NCBI GenBank assembly: GCA_040904565.1
Contig: JBBDTI010000064.1
Location: forward strand, 1-64,000
Direction of reading: 5' to 3'
DNA: 64,000 bases
Source: Rhodothermales bacterium
GTDB lineage: Bacteria > Bacteroidota > Rhodothermia > Rhodothermales > VXPQ01
In this document: positions 8,228 through 19,213 of the stretch, in pieces
How the letters are laid out: every line of letters begins with the position of its first letter
Numbering within the stretch: the first letter of the stretch is position 1
The notes under the pieces: model-generated
The model's database searches: none
Seen by the model: the letters and a program-made list of their open reading frames with translations, nothing else
Told to the model about the DNA's origin: nothing
Translations under genes and position numbers: made by a program

Positions 8228-9304
8228 TCACGCAGCGGCAACGCCCGCAGCCTCCGACCGTTTCTTCAGATAGCCCTGCTGGATGAGCAGCTCGGCGTTC
8301 AGTATCGCCCCGCCGGCGGCACCGCGTACGGTGTTGTGCACGAGGGCGACGAACTTTACGTCGAGCACCTCGCACGGACGAATTCTTCCGACCGAAACCG
8401 TCATACCGCCCCCCCGATCGGCGTGCCGACGCGGCTGCGGAAAATGGGCTTCGTCGAACACTTCAACGAAGGGTGCAGGTGCCGTGGGTAGCCCGTAGTG
8501 AGCGATAGGACTCTCGAACCGGGCATACGCCTCCCGGACGTCCCGAGCCGTCACCGTGCCGTCGAATTTGATAGAAATCGCCTCGAGATGGCCTTCGAGC
8601 ACGGGGACGCGGTTGCACTGGGCGCTCACGCGGATGGCGGCTTCGTCGATGCCGGTATCCGTCAGGCGGCCGAGCAGCTTCTTCGGCTCGATGGCCATTT
8701 TTTCTTCCTCGCCCCCGATGTACGGCACTACGTTGCCCAATGCGTCGAGCGACGCCACGCCGGGATAGCCTGCCCCGGACAGCGCCTGCATCGTGACGAC
8801 CTGGACGGTATCCACGTCGAACCGATCGACGAGCGGCTTCAGCGCACACACGAGTCCGACCGTACTGCAGTTCGGGTTGGTCACGATGAACCCATCACTT
8901 CCCCAGTCCTGCCGCTCGATAAGCGCCGTATGATCCGGATTGACTTCCGGAATCAGAAGCGGCACGTCGGCCTGCATGCGGTAGTTGCGCGCGTTGGAGA
9001 TCACCGGATACCCGGCCCGTGCGAATGCGCCCTCAAGGTCTCCTGCCACGGAGGCGTCGAGACCCGAGAAAACGAAGTCGGCTTCGAATCCCGGCGTCGC
9101 CTCCAGAACCTCCATCTGCGCCACGTCCGCCGGAATGGGCTTCGAGCCGATCCAGTTGGCGGCATCCTTATAGCGCTTGCCGGCCGACCGCTCCGAGGCG
9201 GCAAGCGCAGAGATCTCGAACCAGGGATGTCCGTCGAGCAATTCGACGAATTTCTGCCCCACCGCACCGGTGGCGCCGAGTATTCCAACTTTAAACGTCT
9301 GCAT
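8228..9304 (-). CDS. asd: Aspartate-semialdehyde dehydrogenase (archaeal/eukaryotic-like subtype)
   Basis: VGILGATGAVGQKF, LAASERSAGK, NPNCST (catalytic Cys), QALSGAG, HNTVRGAAG. Confidence 0.95.
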   Translation of the reverse strand: MQTFKVGILGATGAVGQKFVELLDGHPWFEISALAASERSAGKRYKDAANWIGSKPIPADVAQMEVLEATPGFEADFVFSGLDASVAGDLEGAFARAGYPVISNARNYRMQADVPLLIPEVNPDHTALIERQDWGSDGFIVTNPNCSTVGLVCALKPLVDRFDVDTVQVVTMQALSGAGYPGVASLDALGNVVPYIGGEEEKMAIEPKKLLGRLTDTGIDEAAIRVSAQCNRVPVLEGHLEAISIKFDGTVTARDVREAYARFESPIAHYGLPTAPAPFVEVFDEAHFPQPRRHADRGGGMTVSVGRIRPCEVLDVKFVALVHNTVRGAAGGAILNAELLIQQGYLKKRSEAAGVAAA

Positions 9305-9373
9305 GCCTGTATGTTGTCCTTCTTAGTCCACGTAATCCGTATCCCGACGCCCTCGCCACGGCCGTTTCGCCGC

Positions 9374-10438
9374 CTAGCGCGTCTCCTCCGTCACGACCTC
9401 GTTCGTCCGACCCGGCCGTCCAAGCTCCGCATCCACCCACGCTCGAATCAGTGCACTCAGCTTCTCGTGTTCGATGAGGAAGGCGTCGTGACCGTGATGC
9501 GAGGAGATGATTTCAAGCTGCGCGTTCGGCATCCACGACGCGAGCTCCTTCTGCTCTTCCACGGGATACAACACATCCGAATCCACGCCTACGACGAGCG
9601 TCGGCTGCTCGATGGATGCAAGCACGCGCTCGTACGCACCCCGGCCGCGGGCCACGTCGTGCGTGTCCATCTGCTTCGTCAGCTCGACGTAGCAATTCGC
9701 GTCGAACCGGTCGACGAGCTTCTTCCCCTGATAGCGGAGGTAGCTCTCGACGGCATAGAGATCGTCCGCGTCCGCCTGCGGCGAACGACCGAACCGGGCC
9801 TCGAACGAGCTGCGCGACCGGTAAGAGATCATCGCGATCATCCGCGCCGCCGCAAGCCCGCTCGCGGGCTGCTCTTCATAGCGCCCGTCATTCCACCGCC
9901 GATCGGAATAGATGGCCTGCCGCTGGGCCTCACTGAATCCGATGCACCATGCCGAATGGCGCCCCCCGACGGCGATAGGTACGATCCCGTCGACGAAATC
10001 GTCCTCGAACGCCCACTCGAGCGCCTGCATACCTCCCATGGAACCGCCGAGGGCAAATCGGGCGCGTCGGACGCCGAGGGTCGACAGCGCCGCGCGATGC
10101 GCCCGAACCGTGTCCCGGATCGTGATGGCGGGGAACGCGGGACCGTACGGACGGCCCGTCTCCGGCTCTTCGCTCAGGGGAGAAAACGACCCGTACGGCG
10201 AACCCAGCACGTTCAGACAGATCACGAAGTAGCGATCGGTGTCCAGCGCGCGACCGGGACCGATGAGGGGCCCCCACCAGATGTCGGCTTCGGAGTTGCC
10301 CGTGAGCGCGTGACAGACGATAACGGCATTATCACCGTGCGCATTCAGCTCACCCCACGAGTCGTACGCGACGGGCACATCCGCCAGCGTCCGGCCCGAA
10401 TCAAGCGTCAACTCCGAAACCCGGATATAATGAGCCAT
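9374..10438 (-). CDS. metX: Homoserine O-acetyltransferase (MetX family)
   Basis: CHALTG, GGSMGG nucleophile, FDAN, DVLYP, HGHDAFL. Confidence 0.93.
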   Translation of the reverse strand: MAHYIRVSELTLDSGRTLADVPVAYDSWGELNAHGDNAVIVCHALTGNSEADIWWGPLIGPGRALDTDRYFVICLNVLGSPYGSFSPLSEEPETGRPYGPAFPAITIRDTVRAHRAALSTLGVRRARFALGGSMGGMQALEWAFEDDFVDGIVPIAVGGRHSAWCIGFSEAQRQAIYSDRRWNDGRYEEQPASGLAAARMIAMISYRSRSSFEARFGRSPQADADDLYAVESYLRYQGKKLVDRFDANCYVELTKQMDTHDVARGRGAYERVLASIEQPTLVVGVDSDVLYPVEEQKELASWMPNAQLEIISSHHGHDAFLIEHEKLSALIRAWVDAELGRPGRTNEVVTEETR

Positions 10439-10456
10439 CCGTGATGCCCCGTATGG

Positions 10457-12124
<1,668 letters not shown>

Positions 12125-12255
12125 TATTTGAAACATCGTTTCATTGATCGGTAAAACAGGCCGTATTCGAGGCATGTTCCGAAGGTCGTTTTGAAAAATT
12201 CCAGGAGCCGGCCTCCCGCCATCTACGTATCGATCACCAGACGAGCACATCATCC

Positions 12256-13173
12256 GTGAGTGAAGCCACGCCAACCGCCCAGAACGAAGACACCGTGACG
12301 GATAACCTCATCGACGGACGTGCCGTTGCTGCCGACGTACGGAGTGACGTACGAGAGGAGGTAAGCGCATGGACGTCGAAAGGAAACCGGCCCCCTTCTC
12401 TCGCCGTCGTCCTCGTGGGCGACAATCCGGCATCGGCCTCGTACGTGCGCGGTAAAATGAAGGCCTCTACAGAGGTCGGCATCGACAGTACCACGCTGCG
12501 CCGGGACAGCTCCGTGACGGAAGACGAGCTGGTCGGCATGGTCCAGGACCTGAACGAGGACGACGGCGTCGACGGCATTCTCGTCCAGCTCCCGCTGCCG
12601 GATCATATCGATGAGAAACGGATCATACACGCCATCGCTCCCGAGAAGGACGTAGACGGCTTTCATCCCGAAAACGTAGGGCGCCTGTTCGTCGGCGATC
12701 CGGCCTTCGTCTCCGCCACGCCGGCAGGCATCATGGAGCTGCTGCGTCGGAGCCGTATCGAAACGAGCGGGCGCCACGCCGTCATCCTCGGACGCTCCAA
12801 CATCGTCGGCAAGCCCGTCGCCGCTCTCCTGCTGCGGCGCGGGACGGACGCGACGGTGACGGTGTGCCACAGCCGGACGAAGGAACTAGCGGCAATCACC
12901 CGCCGCGCCGACCTGCTCATCGCCGCCATTGGGCGCGCTCATTTCGTTACGGCGGACATGGTCAAGGAGGGCGTCGACGTCATCGACGTGGGTATCAACC
13001 GGATCGAGGATACGTCGCGAGATCGCGGCTACCGGCTCGTAGGCGACGTGGATTTCGACCGCGTAAAGGAAAAGGCCGCGCACATCACTCCCGTACCCGG
13101 AGGCGTCGGCCCGATGACGATCGGCATGCTGCTTCGCAATACGCTGGCCGCCGCGCGAGGTGACTACCGCTAG
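12256..13173 (+). CDS. folD: Methylenetetrahydrofolate dehydrogenase/cyclohydrolase
   Basis: LVGDNPASASYVRGK, GILVQLPLP, KDVDGFHP, GRSNIVGKP, TPVPGGVGPMT. Confidence 0.97.
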   Translation: MSEATPTAQNEDTVTDNLIDGRAVAADVRSDVREEVSAWTSKGNRPPSLAVVLVGDNPASASYVRGKMKASTEVGIDSTTLRRDSSVTEDELVGMVQDLNEDDGVDGILVQLPLPDHIDEKRIIHAIAPEKDVDGFHPENVGRLFVGDPAFVSATPAGIMELLRRSRIETSGRHAVILGRSNIVGKPVAALLLRRGTDATVTVCHSRTKELAAITRRADLLIAAIGRAHFVTADMVKEGVDVIDVGINRIEDTSRDRGYRLVGDVDFDRVKEKAAHITPVPGGVGPMTIGMLLRNTLAAARGDYR

Positions 13174-13290
13174 TAGCCCCCCGTTCGTCGTCTCCCACGG
13201 GAAACATCCGCTTTACACCGCGCCGGCACCGGAACGCCGACCGCGTTTCGTCCTTCCATCAGCCAACCACGTTCCTGCAGCCCCCTATCG

Positions 13291-14325
13291 ATGCCGATGG
13301 ACCCGCTCCCACAACAGGCGCCGCTCGCGCAGATTCCCCCGGCCGACTCCCTCGCGGCCGACACGTCGCAGGTCGTCGATACGACGAACACCATCTCATC
13401 GATCGGAGACCGCGTCGGCGATGCGGGGCGCCTCCTCATTTCCGGCGAATATGAGCTCTTCGCCGACAGGCTTTATGCCGGGTTTGCCGACCTGATCGTC
13501 GGGCTCATTCCGAAGCTCCTGCTCGCCGTCTTCGTCTTCGTCCTGTTCTACGGACTGTATCGGTCCGTCTATTCCCTGCTCCAGAACGTCCTCCATCGAA
13601 GCCGTCGGGTCGACGCGGGGCTCGAAAAGCTCTCGATGAAAACCTACAAGGTCGTCGGAAGCCTGTTCGTCGGGTTGATGGTCCTCGATCAGCTCAACGT
13701 GAACATCGTGACGGTCCTGACCGCTTTCGGCATCGCCGGTATCGCCATCGGCTTCGCGGCCCGCGATACGCTCGAGAACTACATTTCCGGAATCACGATT
13801 CTGCTGGACAAACCCTTTCGGATCGGGGACAACATTCGCATCGAGGACGTCTACGGAACCGTCGACGACATCACCCTCCGGTCTACGCGAATTCTAACGC
13901 TCAATAACGCGTATCTCGTGATGCCGAATACGCAGATGATCAACCAGAAACTCATCAATCACAGCATCCTCGGGGTCGTGCGCGTGGAAGTCCCCTTCGG
14001 CATCGCCTACAAGGAATATCCGCAAGAAGCCCGCGAGGTGGTCCTGAACCTTGTCCGGGGCGATGAACGGCTTCATCCCGACTACGAACCGTCCGTCGTG
14101 GTTACCAAGCTGAATGATTCGAGCGTCGACATGACCCTTCGCATGCACATCGCCGATCCCAGGCTTGAAATGCCGGTTAAGCTCGAATACTTCGAAAAAG
14201 TTCGCGAAGCCTTGCGCGAGGCAGACATCGAGATCCCGTTTCCTCATCTCCAGCTCTTCGTGGACGAGGCCAAGGCGTTCGAAGGGTCGCCCCTGCTGCG
14301 CAACGACGGGGATGTGGACAACTAG
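13291..14325 (+). CDS. Small-conductance mechanosensitive channel (MscS family)
   Basis: TM helices, GIAIGFAARDTLENYISG, KPFRIGD, IEIPFP. Confidence 0.9.
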   Translation: MPMDPLPQQAPLAQIPPADSLAADTSQVVDTTNTISSIGDRVGDAGRLLISGEYELFADRLYAGFADLIVGLIPKLLLAVFVFVLFYGLYRSVYSLLQNVLHRSRRVDAGLEKLSMKTYKVVGSLFVGLMVLDQLNVNIVTVLTAFGIAGIAIGFAARDTLENYISGITILLDKPFRIGDNIRIEDVYGTVDDITLRSTRILTLNNAYLVMPNTQMINQKLINHSILGVVRVEVPFGIAYKEYPQEAREVVLNLVRGDERLHPDYEPSVVVTKLNDSSVDMTLRMHIADPRLEMPVKLEYFEKVREALREADIEIPFPHLQLFVDEAKAFEGSPLLRNDGDVDN

Positions 14326-14483
14326 CGGCCCGTCTCGTGACATCCTTGCCTCCCCCACACAGCGCGTTGCGAGAGCGCCTTCGGCGAATTAACGGTTTAT
14401 GCAAAAATCTCCGGAGCCTCCAGCAGAGAATGCTTCTTCAGCGCTCAGCGGCAGATTCGACGAGGAATGGATCGGCCCCCATC

Positions 14484-14512
14484 TTGACAGGTCCGCGCCT
14501 CGGCGGTATCAT
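14484..14512 (+). promoter_or_regulatory. Sigma70-type promoter of the arg operon leader
   Basis: TTGACA (14484-89), N17, TATCAT (14507-12); predicted transcription start near the A of ATG 14520. Confidence 0.8.
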
Positions 14513-14519
14513 GCTCCGC

Positions 14520-14600
14520 ATGACCGTATCAAACGGACATACCTTCAGGCACCTCCTACGTGAACGCCCGCAGCGGATGGGTCCGGCGCGGGGTGCCTAG
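14520..14600 (+). CDS. Putative Arg-rich leader peptide (26 aa, MTVSNGHTFRHLLRERPQRMGPARGA), probably leaderless
   Basis: ATG 7 nt after the -10 box; 5 Arg codons (AGG, CGT, CGC, CGG, CGG); overlaps the antiterminator strand and precedes the terminator upstream of argG. Confidence 0.6.
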   Translation: MTVSNGHTFRHLLRERPQRMGPARGA

Positions 14601-14634
14601 CAACGGTTTCGACCGAAGCCGCACTCGCTTGGAC

Positions 14635-14668
14635 AGGCGCTGGTTCCGTTCCGGATCAGCGCCTTTTT
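14635..14668 (+). terminator. Attenuator terminator upstream of argG
   Basis: AGGCGCTGGTTCCG-TTC-CGGATCAGCGCCT followed by TTTT, ending about 40 nt before the argG ATG. Confidence 0.8.
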
Positions 14669-14707
14669 CATTCTCCGGCTTACAATAATCACGACAACCA
14701 TACGACG

Positions 14708-15904
14708 ATGGCCATAGTACTTGCGTTCAGCGGCGGACTCGACACGTCGTTCTGCGTCCCCTATCTAGCCGAGACATTCGACGAACCCGTCATTACCGTT
14801 ACGGTAAACACGGGCGGACTTACGGAAACGGACGCGGAGGCCGTGGAGGCCCGAGCCATGGAGCTGGGCGCCGCGGAGCACGTGCTCGTCGACGGCCGGA
14901 AAGACCTCTTCGACCATCACCTGAGCTACCTGGTCAAGGGCAACGTCTTGCGCGGCGGTGTCTATCCGCTCTGCGTCGGACCGGAGCGCGTTACGCAGGC
15001 ACGGCACGTCGTGGGCGTAGCGAAAAAGAAGGGCGCCCGCGCTGTCGCACACGGCTCGACCGGTGCGGGCAACGATCAGGTGCGCTTCGACGTGGCCGTC
15101 CGCCTCCTGGCCGACGACCTCGACATCATCACGCCGATACGGACGGATGGACTCAGCCGCGACGATACGACCCGGTATCTTACGGAGCACGGGTTCGACG
15201 TACCGAAGAAGACCACCACGTACTCGATCAACCGGGGGCTCTGGGGTACGACCATCGGCGGCAAGGAAACGCTGGGGACGACCGACCCCCTTCCTGACGA
15301 CGCCTACCCGGATACCGTGTCTCCGTCGAAGGCACCCGACGAGGCACGCGAGCTGACGATCGCGTTCGACGCCGGACTACCCGTCTCGCTCGATGGTGAT
15401 GCACTCGATCCCGTGGCGCTCGTGGAGCAGCTCATCGCCCTCGGCGCGGCGCACGGCGTGGGACGCGGCATCCACGTGGGGGACACCATCCTCGGCATCA
15501 AGGGCCGGGTGGCCTTCGAGGCACCCGCACCAGCCATCCTCATCCCGGCACACCGCGAGCTGGAGAAGATCATCCTTACCCGCTGGCAGCGATACCAGAA
15601 AAACCACCTCTGCGATTTCTACGGACAGCTCCTGCACGAAGGGCAGTATTTCGACCCGGTCATGCGCGACATCGAAGCCCTCGTCGATTCGTCCCAGGAA
15701 ACGGTCACCGGTACCGTGCGCGTGCGCATCAACAAGGGTCGGGTCGACGTCCTCGGCTGCGACAGCCCGTATTCGATGTTCGACGCCGCCGTGGCGACCT
15801 ACGGGGAGACGAACGAGCTATGGGACGGACGCGATGCACAGGGCTTCTCGCAGATTTACGGCGTCCAGGCCCTTCTCGCCCACAGGGTGCGAAACCGATC
15901 CTGA
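14708..15904 (+). CDS. argG: Argininosuccinate synthase
   Basis: VLAFSGGLDTS, HGSTGAGNDQVRF, GIKGR. Confidence 0.96.
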   Translation: MAIVLAFSGGLDTSFCVPYLAETFDEPVITVTVNTGGLTETDAEAVEARAMELGAAEHVLVDGRKDLFDHHLSYLVKGNVLRGGVYPLCVGPERVTQARHVVGVAKKKGARAVAHGSTGAGNDQVRFDVAVRLLADDLDIITPIRTDGLSRDDTTRYLTEHGFDVPKKTTTYSINRGLWGTTIGGKETLGTTDPLPDDAYPDTVSPSKAPDEARELTIAFDAGLPVSLDGDALDPVALVEQLIALGAAHGVGRGIHVGDTILGIKGRVAFEAPAPAILIPAHRELEKIILTRWQRYQKNHLCDFYGQLLHEGQYFDPVMRDIEALVDSSQETVTGTVRVRINKGRVDVLGCDSPYSMFDAAVATYGETNELWDGRDAQGFSQIYGVQALLAHRVRNRS

Positions 15905-16005
15905 ACGGAGCCTGCACGCCGGAAGCACGTACGAATCGATTCAAGCCGGCCTCTCGGCCTCGCCGATGCCGCGCGTTGACGACCACCTATAGACGACGCA
16001 AGGAC

Positions 16006-17040
16006 ATGAAAAAGAAGATCGCCCTCCTGCACGGAGCGGGCTACGTCGGCGGCGAGCTGATCCGTCTTCTGCTCGCTCATCCCGACGTTGCCGTCACCAC
16101 GGTGACGAGCCGATCCTTCGCCGGGGACCCGGTGACCGCGGCCCATCCGCACCTTCGGGGACAGACCTCCCTGTCTTTCACAGACCCGGGCAACGTAGAA
16201 CTGAGCGGCGTCGACGCCGTACTTCTCGCCGCCGAACACGGCAAAGGCGCTCAGGTCGTCGTCGAATTGCTAGACAGCGGATTCGACGGCCCGATTGTCG
16301 ATCTGAGTGCCGACTTCCGCTTTAAGGATGCCGCACTCTACGACGAATGGTTCGGCTTCACGCATCCAGCGCCTGAACTCATCGCCTCGTTCGAATACGG
16401 ATTGCCCGAAGTGCATGCGCCGTATCCTGACGGAACGCGGTACGTCGCGAATCCGGGCTGTTTCGCGACGGCGCTGGCGCTGGCGCTCTGGCCCGTGTCG
16501 CGGCACCTCGATACGTTTCGCGCGTCCGTGACGGCCCTGACCGGAGCGTCCGGATCGGGAGCCCGCCCCAAGCCGACGACGCACTTTCCAACTCGAGAGG
16601 GGAATGTCCGTGCCTACAAGATCCTCCGTCATCAGCACCTGCCGGAGGTGCGCCAGGTGCTGGGGCCCGGTGCCGACGTGCAGTTCATTCCGGCATCCGG
16701 CCCGTGGACGCGCGGCATATGGGGAACGGCGCACGTGGAGCTGCCGCCGGACGTCCGGCCGTCCGACGTAGACACCTGGTTTCACGCTGCGTATGACGAC
16801 AAACCGTTCGTACGCACGTACCCGAACGAGCTTCCCGAGCTGCGTTATGCCGTACATTCACCGTTTTGCGATGTCGGGTGGATGGTAAGCGGCCGTACCC
16901 TGGTGATCGGATTCGCTGAAGACAACCTCCTGAAAGGAGCGGCCAGCCAGGCCATCCAGAATCTCAACCTTCTCATGCACCTGCCCGAAACGTCGGGCCT
17001 CATTTCCACCGATCTGGCCGTTACGTCCGCCTATTCATGA
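16006..17040 (+). CDS. argC: N-acyl-gamma-glutamyl-phosphate reductase
   Basis: GAGYVGGELIRLL, DLSADFR, YGLPE, ANPGCFAT, DNLLKGAASQA; start ATG 16006. Confidence 0.95.
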   Translation: MKKKIALLHGAGYVGGELIRLLLAHPDVAVTTVTSRSFAGDPVTAAHPHLRGQTSLSFTDPGNVELSGVDAVLLAAEHGKGAQVVVELLDSGFDGPIVDLSADFRFKDAALYDEWFGFTHPAPELIASFEYGLPEVHAPYPDGTRYVANPGCFATALALALWPVSRHLDTFRASVTALTGASGSGARPKPTTHFPTREGNVRAYKILRHQHLPEVRQVLGPGADVQFIPASGPWTRGIWGTAHVELPPDVRPSDVDTWFHAAYDDKPFVRTYPNELPELRYAVHSPFCDVGWMVSGRTLVIGFAEDNLLKGAASQAIQNLNLLMHLPETSGLISTDLAVTSAYS

Positions 17041-18224
17041 CAAGCAAAGAGGCCATCGAGCGGGAAGACCGCTTCCAGATTCCTACCTACAACAAGATGC
17101 CCGTCGTGCTCGTACGCGGCGAAGGCAGCTTCGTATGGGACGTCGAGGGCCGCAAGCTGCTCGACCTGTACGGAGGCCATTGCGTGGCCCTGCTCGGCCA
17201 TAGCCCGGGGCGCGTCGTCCACGCCGTGAAGAAGCAGGTTGACGATATGCTCTTCTATTCGAACGCCGTATACAGCGGCACGCGCGCCCGCGCCGCCGAG
17301 CGGCTCGCCGGCCTCGCTCCGGAAGGGCTGCGGCACGCCTTCTTTTGCAATTCGGGCTCGGAAGCCAATGAAACGGCGCTGAAGCTCGCCCGCAAACACA
17401 CGGGTCGGTCGGGGATGATTGCCATGCACGACGGCTTCCATGGCCGTACGCTTGCCAGTCTGGCCGTCACGTCGAGCGAGACCTACCGGGCACCCTACCA
17501 GGCCATTCTTCCACCAACGACCTTCGTCCCGTTCGGCGACGCCGCGGCCGTGGAAGATGCCTTCCGCCGGAGCGACGACATCGCCGGCGTCATCCTCGAA
17601 CCGATTCAGAGTATGGCCGGCGTCGTCGAAGCCGACGCATCCTATTATCGCGACATTCGGAAGATTTGCGATCGCAACGACGCCGTGCTCATCTTCGACG
17701 AGGTGCAGACGGGCGTCGGCCGCACGGGTACGTTTTCCGTGTCCGAGCAGTACGGTATGTGCCCGGATCTCATCACGCTTGCGAAGAGCCTCGGAGCCGG
17801 CATACCGGTCGGTGCGGTCCTGGTCTCCGACGAGATCGCGGGAACTGTTGAACCGGGCGATCAGGGGTCGACGTTCGGCGGCGGCATGGTTGCCATGGCG
17901 GCCGTCGAGGCCACGCTGCAGACGCTCGTTGACGAGGACCTGATGCCGCGCGCCGCGGAACTGTTCGACCGCGTGGCTGGCGGCCTGAACGGTCTGGTAG
18001 CGGATGTCCGCGGCCGGGGCGGGCTGATCGGCCTCGTCCTCGACGAACCGGCGGCACCCGTGCGAAGCCGGCTTCTCGCGCACGATATCCTCACTGGATC
18101 CGCCGCAGACCCCAACGTAATCCGACTCATGCCTCCCATCAACACTCCCTTCGAAGCCATCGACGCCTTCGTCGACGTCTTCGAACGGATAGTGACATCC
18201 GAACCTAGCGCCTCCAACGTATGA
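17037..18224 (+). CDS. argD: Acylornithine aminotransferase (class III PLP)
   Basis: NSGSEANE, FHGRT, EPIQ, DEVQTGVGRTG, LAKSLG, GSTFGG. Confidence 0.92.
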   Translation: MTSKEAIEREDRFQIPTYNKMPVVLVRGEGSFVWDVEGRKLLDLYGGHCVALLGHSPGRVVHAVKKQVDDMLFYSNAVYSGTRARAAERLAGLAPEGLRHAFFCNSGSEANETALKLARKHTGRSGMIAMHDGFHGRTLASLAVTSSETYRAPYQAILPPTTFVPFGDAAAVEDAFRRSDDIAGVILEPIQSMAGVVEADASYYRDIRKICDRNDAVLIFDEVQTGVGRTGTFSVSEQYGMCPDLITLAKSLGAGIPVGAVLVSDEIAGTVEPGDQGSTFGGGMVAMAAVEATLQTLVDEDLMPRAAELFDRVAGGLNGLVADVRGRGGLIGLVLDEPAAPVRSRLLAHDILTGSAADPNVIRLMPPINTPFEAIDAFVDVFERIVTSEPSASNV

Positions 18225-19213
18225 GACACCTGATCGACTGGCAGTCCATCAGTGACGAAGTCTGGCACGCCGCCGTAGATCGTGCCATCTACCACTTCGA
18301 TCACGCCGGAGAGTGGACGCAGTCCGCGGCCGGACGTAGTATCGCACTTCTGTTTTTTAATCCATCACTCCGGACGCGCACCTCGATGGAGCTGGCGGCC
18401 GCACAGATGGGTGCATTCTCCAGCACGCTCACGCCCGGCGATGGGACGTGGAACTTCGAGTTCGAGTCCGGCACGGTCATGGACGGCGACAAGGCCGAGC
18501 ACATTAGCGAGGCCGTAGGTGTCCTCTCGCGATACTACGACGCTATCGGCGTCCGCATGTTTGCCTCACAGACGCACTACCAGCAGGACCGGGATGAACG
18601 CCTGATCCGCACGTTTTCGTCTGCCGCCGACGTACCCGTCGTCAACCTCGAATCCGCCTTCTACCACCCCTGTCAGGCGCTGGCGGACGCGGCCACTATC
18701 AAGCAGCAGTTCGGGGAGCCGAAGGACCGAAAGTTCGTGCTCACCTGGGCCTACCATCCCCGCCCACTCCCGATGGCCGTGCCCAACTCGGCGGTCCTCA
18801 TGGCGGCTCGATCCGGAATGGACGTCGTGGTCGTTCGTCCCGAGGAATATGCCCTCGATTACGGCGTCATGGAGCTGGCCCGCTCTTACGGTTCGAAGGT
18901 CGAGGAGACGGACGACCGAGAAGAGGCATATCGGGACGCGGACGTGATTTATGCCAAGGCGTGGGGCGGACCGCTCGTCTACTCCGATCCCGAGCATGAG
19001 GCCTCCGTCCGCGCCGGCAAGACGGACTGGTGCGTGACGGAAAACTGGATGAGTCGAACCAACAACGGACTCTTCATGCACTGCCTCCCCGTCCGACGCA
19101 ACGTGGTGGTCGACGACGCCGTGCTGGATGGACCTAGAGCCGTCCACCTTCGCCAGGCGGCCTTTCGCCTCCACGCTCAGAAGGCAGTCCTCGAGTATAT
19201 CTGGGGACTCTGA
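18221..19213 (+). CDS. argF: N-acylornithine carbamoyltransferase (ArgF', AOTCase/SOTCase type; probably N-succinyl-specific)
   Basis: FFNPSLRTR, MDGDKAEH, HPCQALAD, TWAYHPRPLP, HCLPVRRN. Confidence 0.9.
   Translation: MRHLIDWQSISDEVWHAAVDRAIYHFDHAGEWTQSAAGRSIALLFFNPSLRTRTSMELAAAQMGAFSSTLTPGDGTWNFEFESGTVMDGDKAEHISEAVGVLSRYYDAIGVRMFASQTHYQQDRDERLIRTFSSAADVPVVNLESAFYHPCQALADAATIKQQFGEPKDRKFVLTWAYHPRPLPMAVPNSAVLMAARSGMDVVVVRPEEYALDYGVMELARSYGSKVEETDDREEAYRDADVIYAKAWGGPLVYSDPEHEASVRAGKTDWCVTENWMSRTNNGLFMHCLPVRRNVVVDDAVLDGPRAVHLRQAAFRLHAQKAVLEYIWGL

Noticed and set aside
14384-14403. GCGAATTAACGGTTTATGCA as an ARG box
   Set aside because: Half-site spacing is too long for TGMAT-N4-ATKCA, it is a single copy about 80 bp from the promoter, and no argR is nearby.
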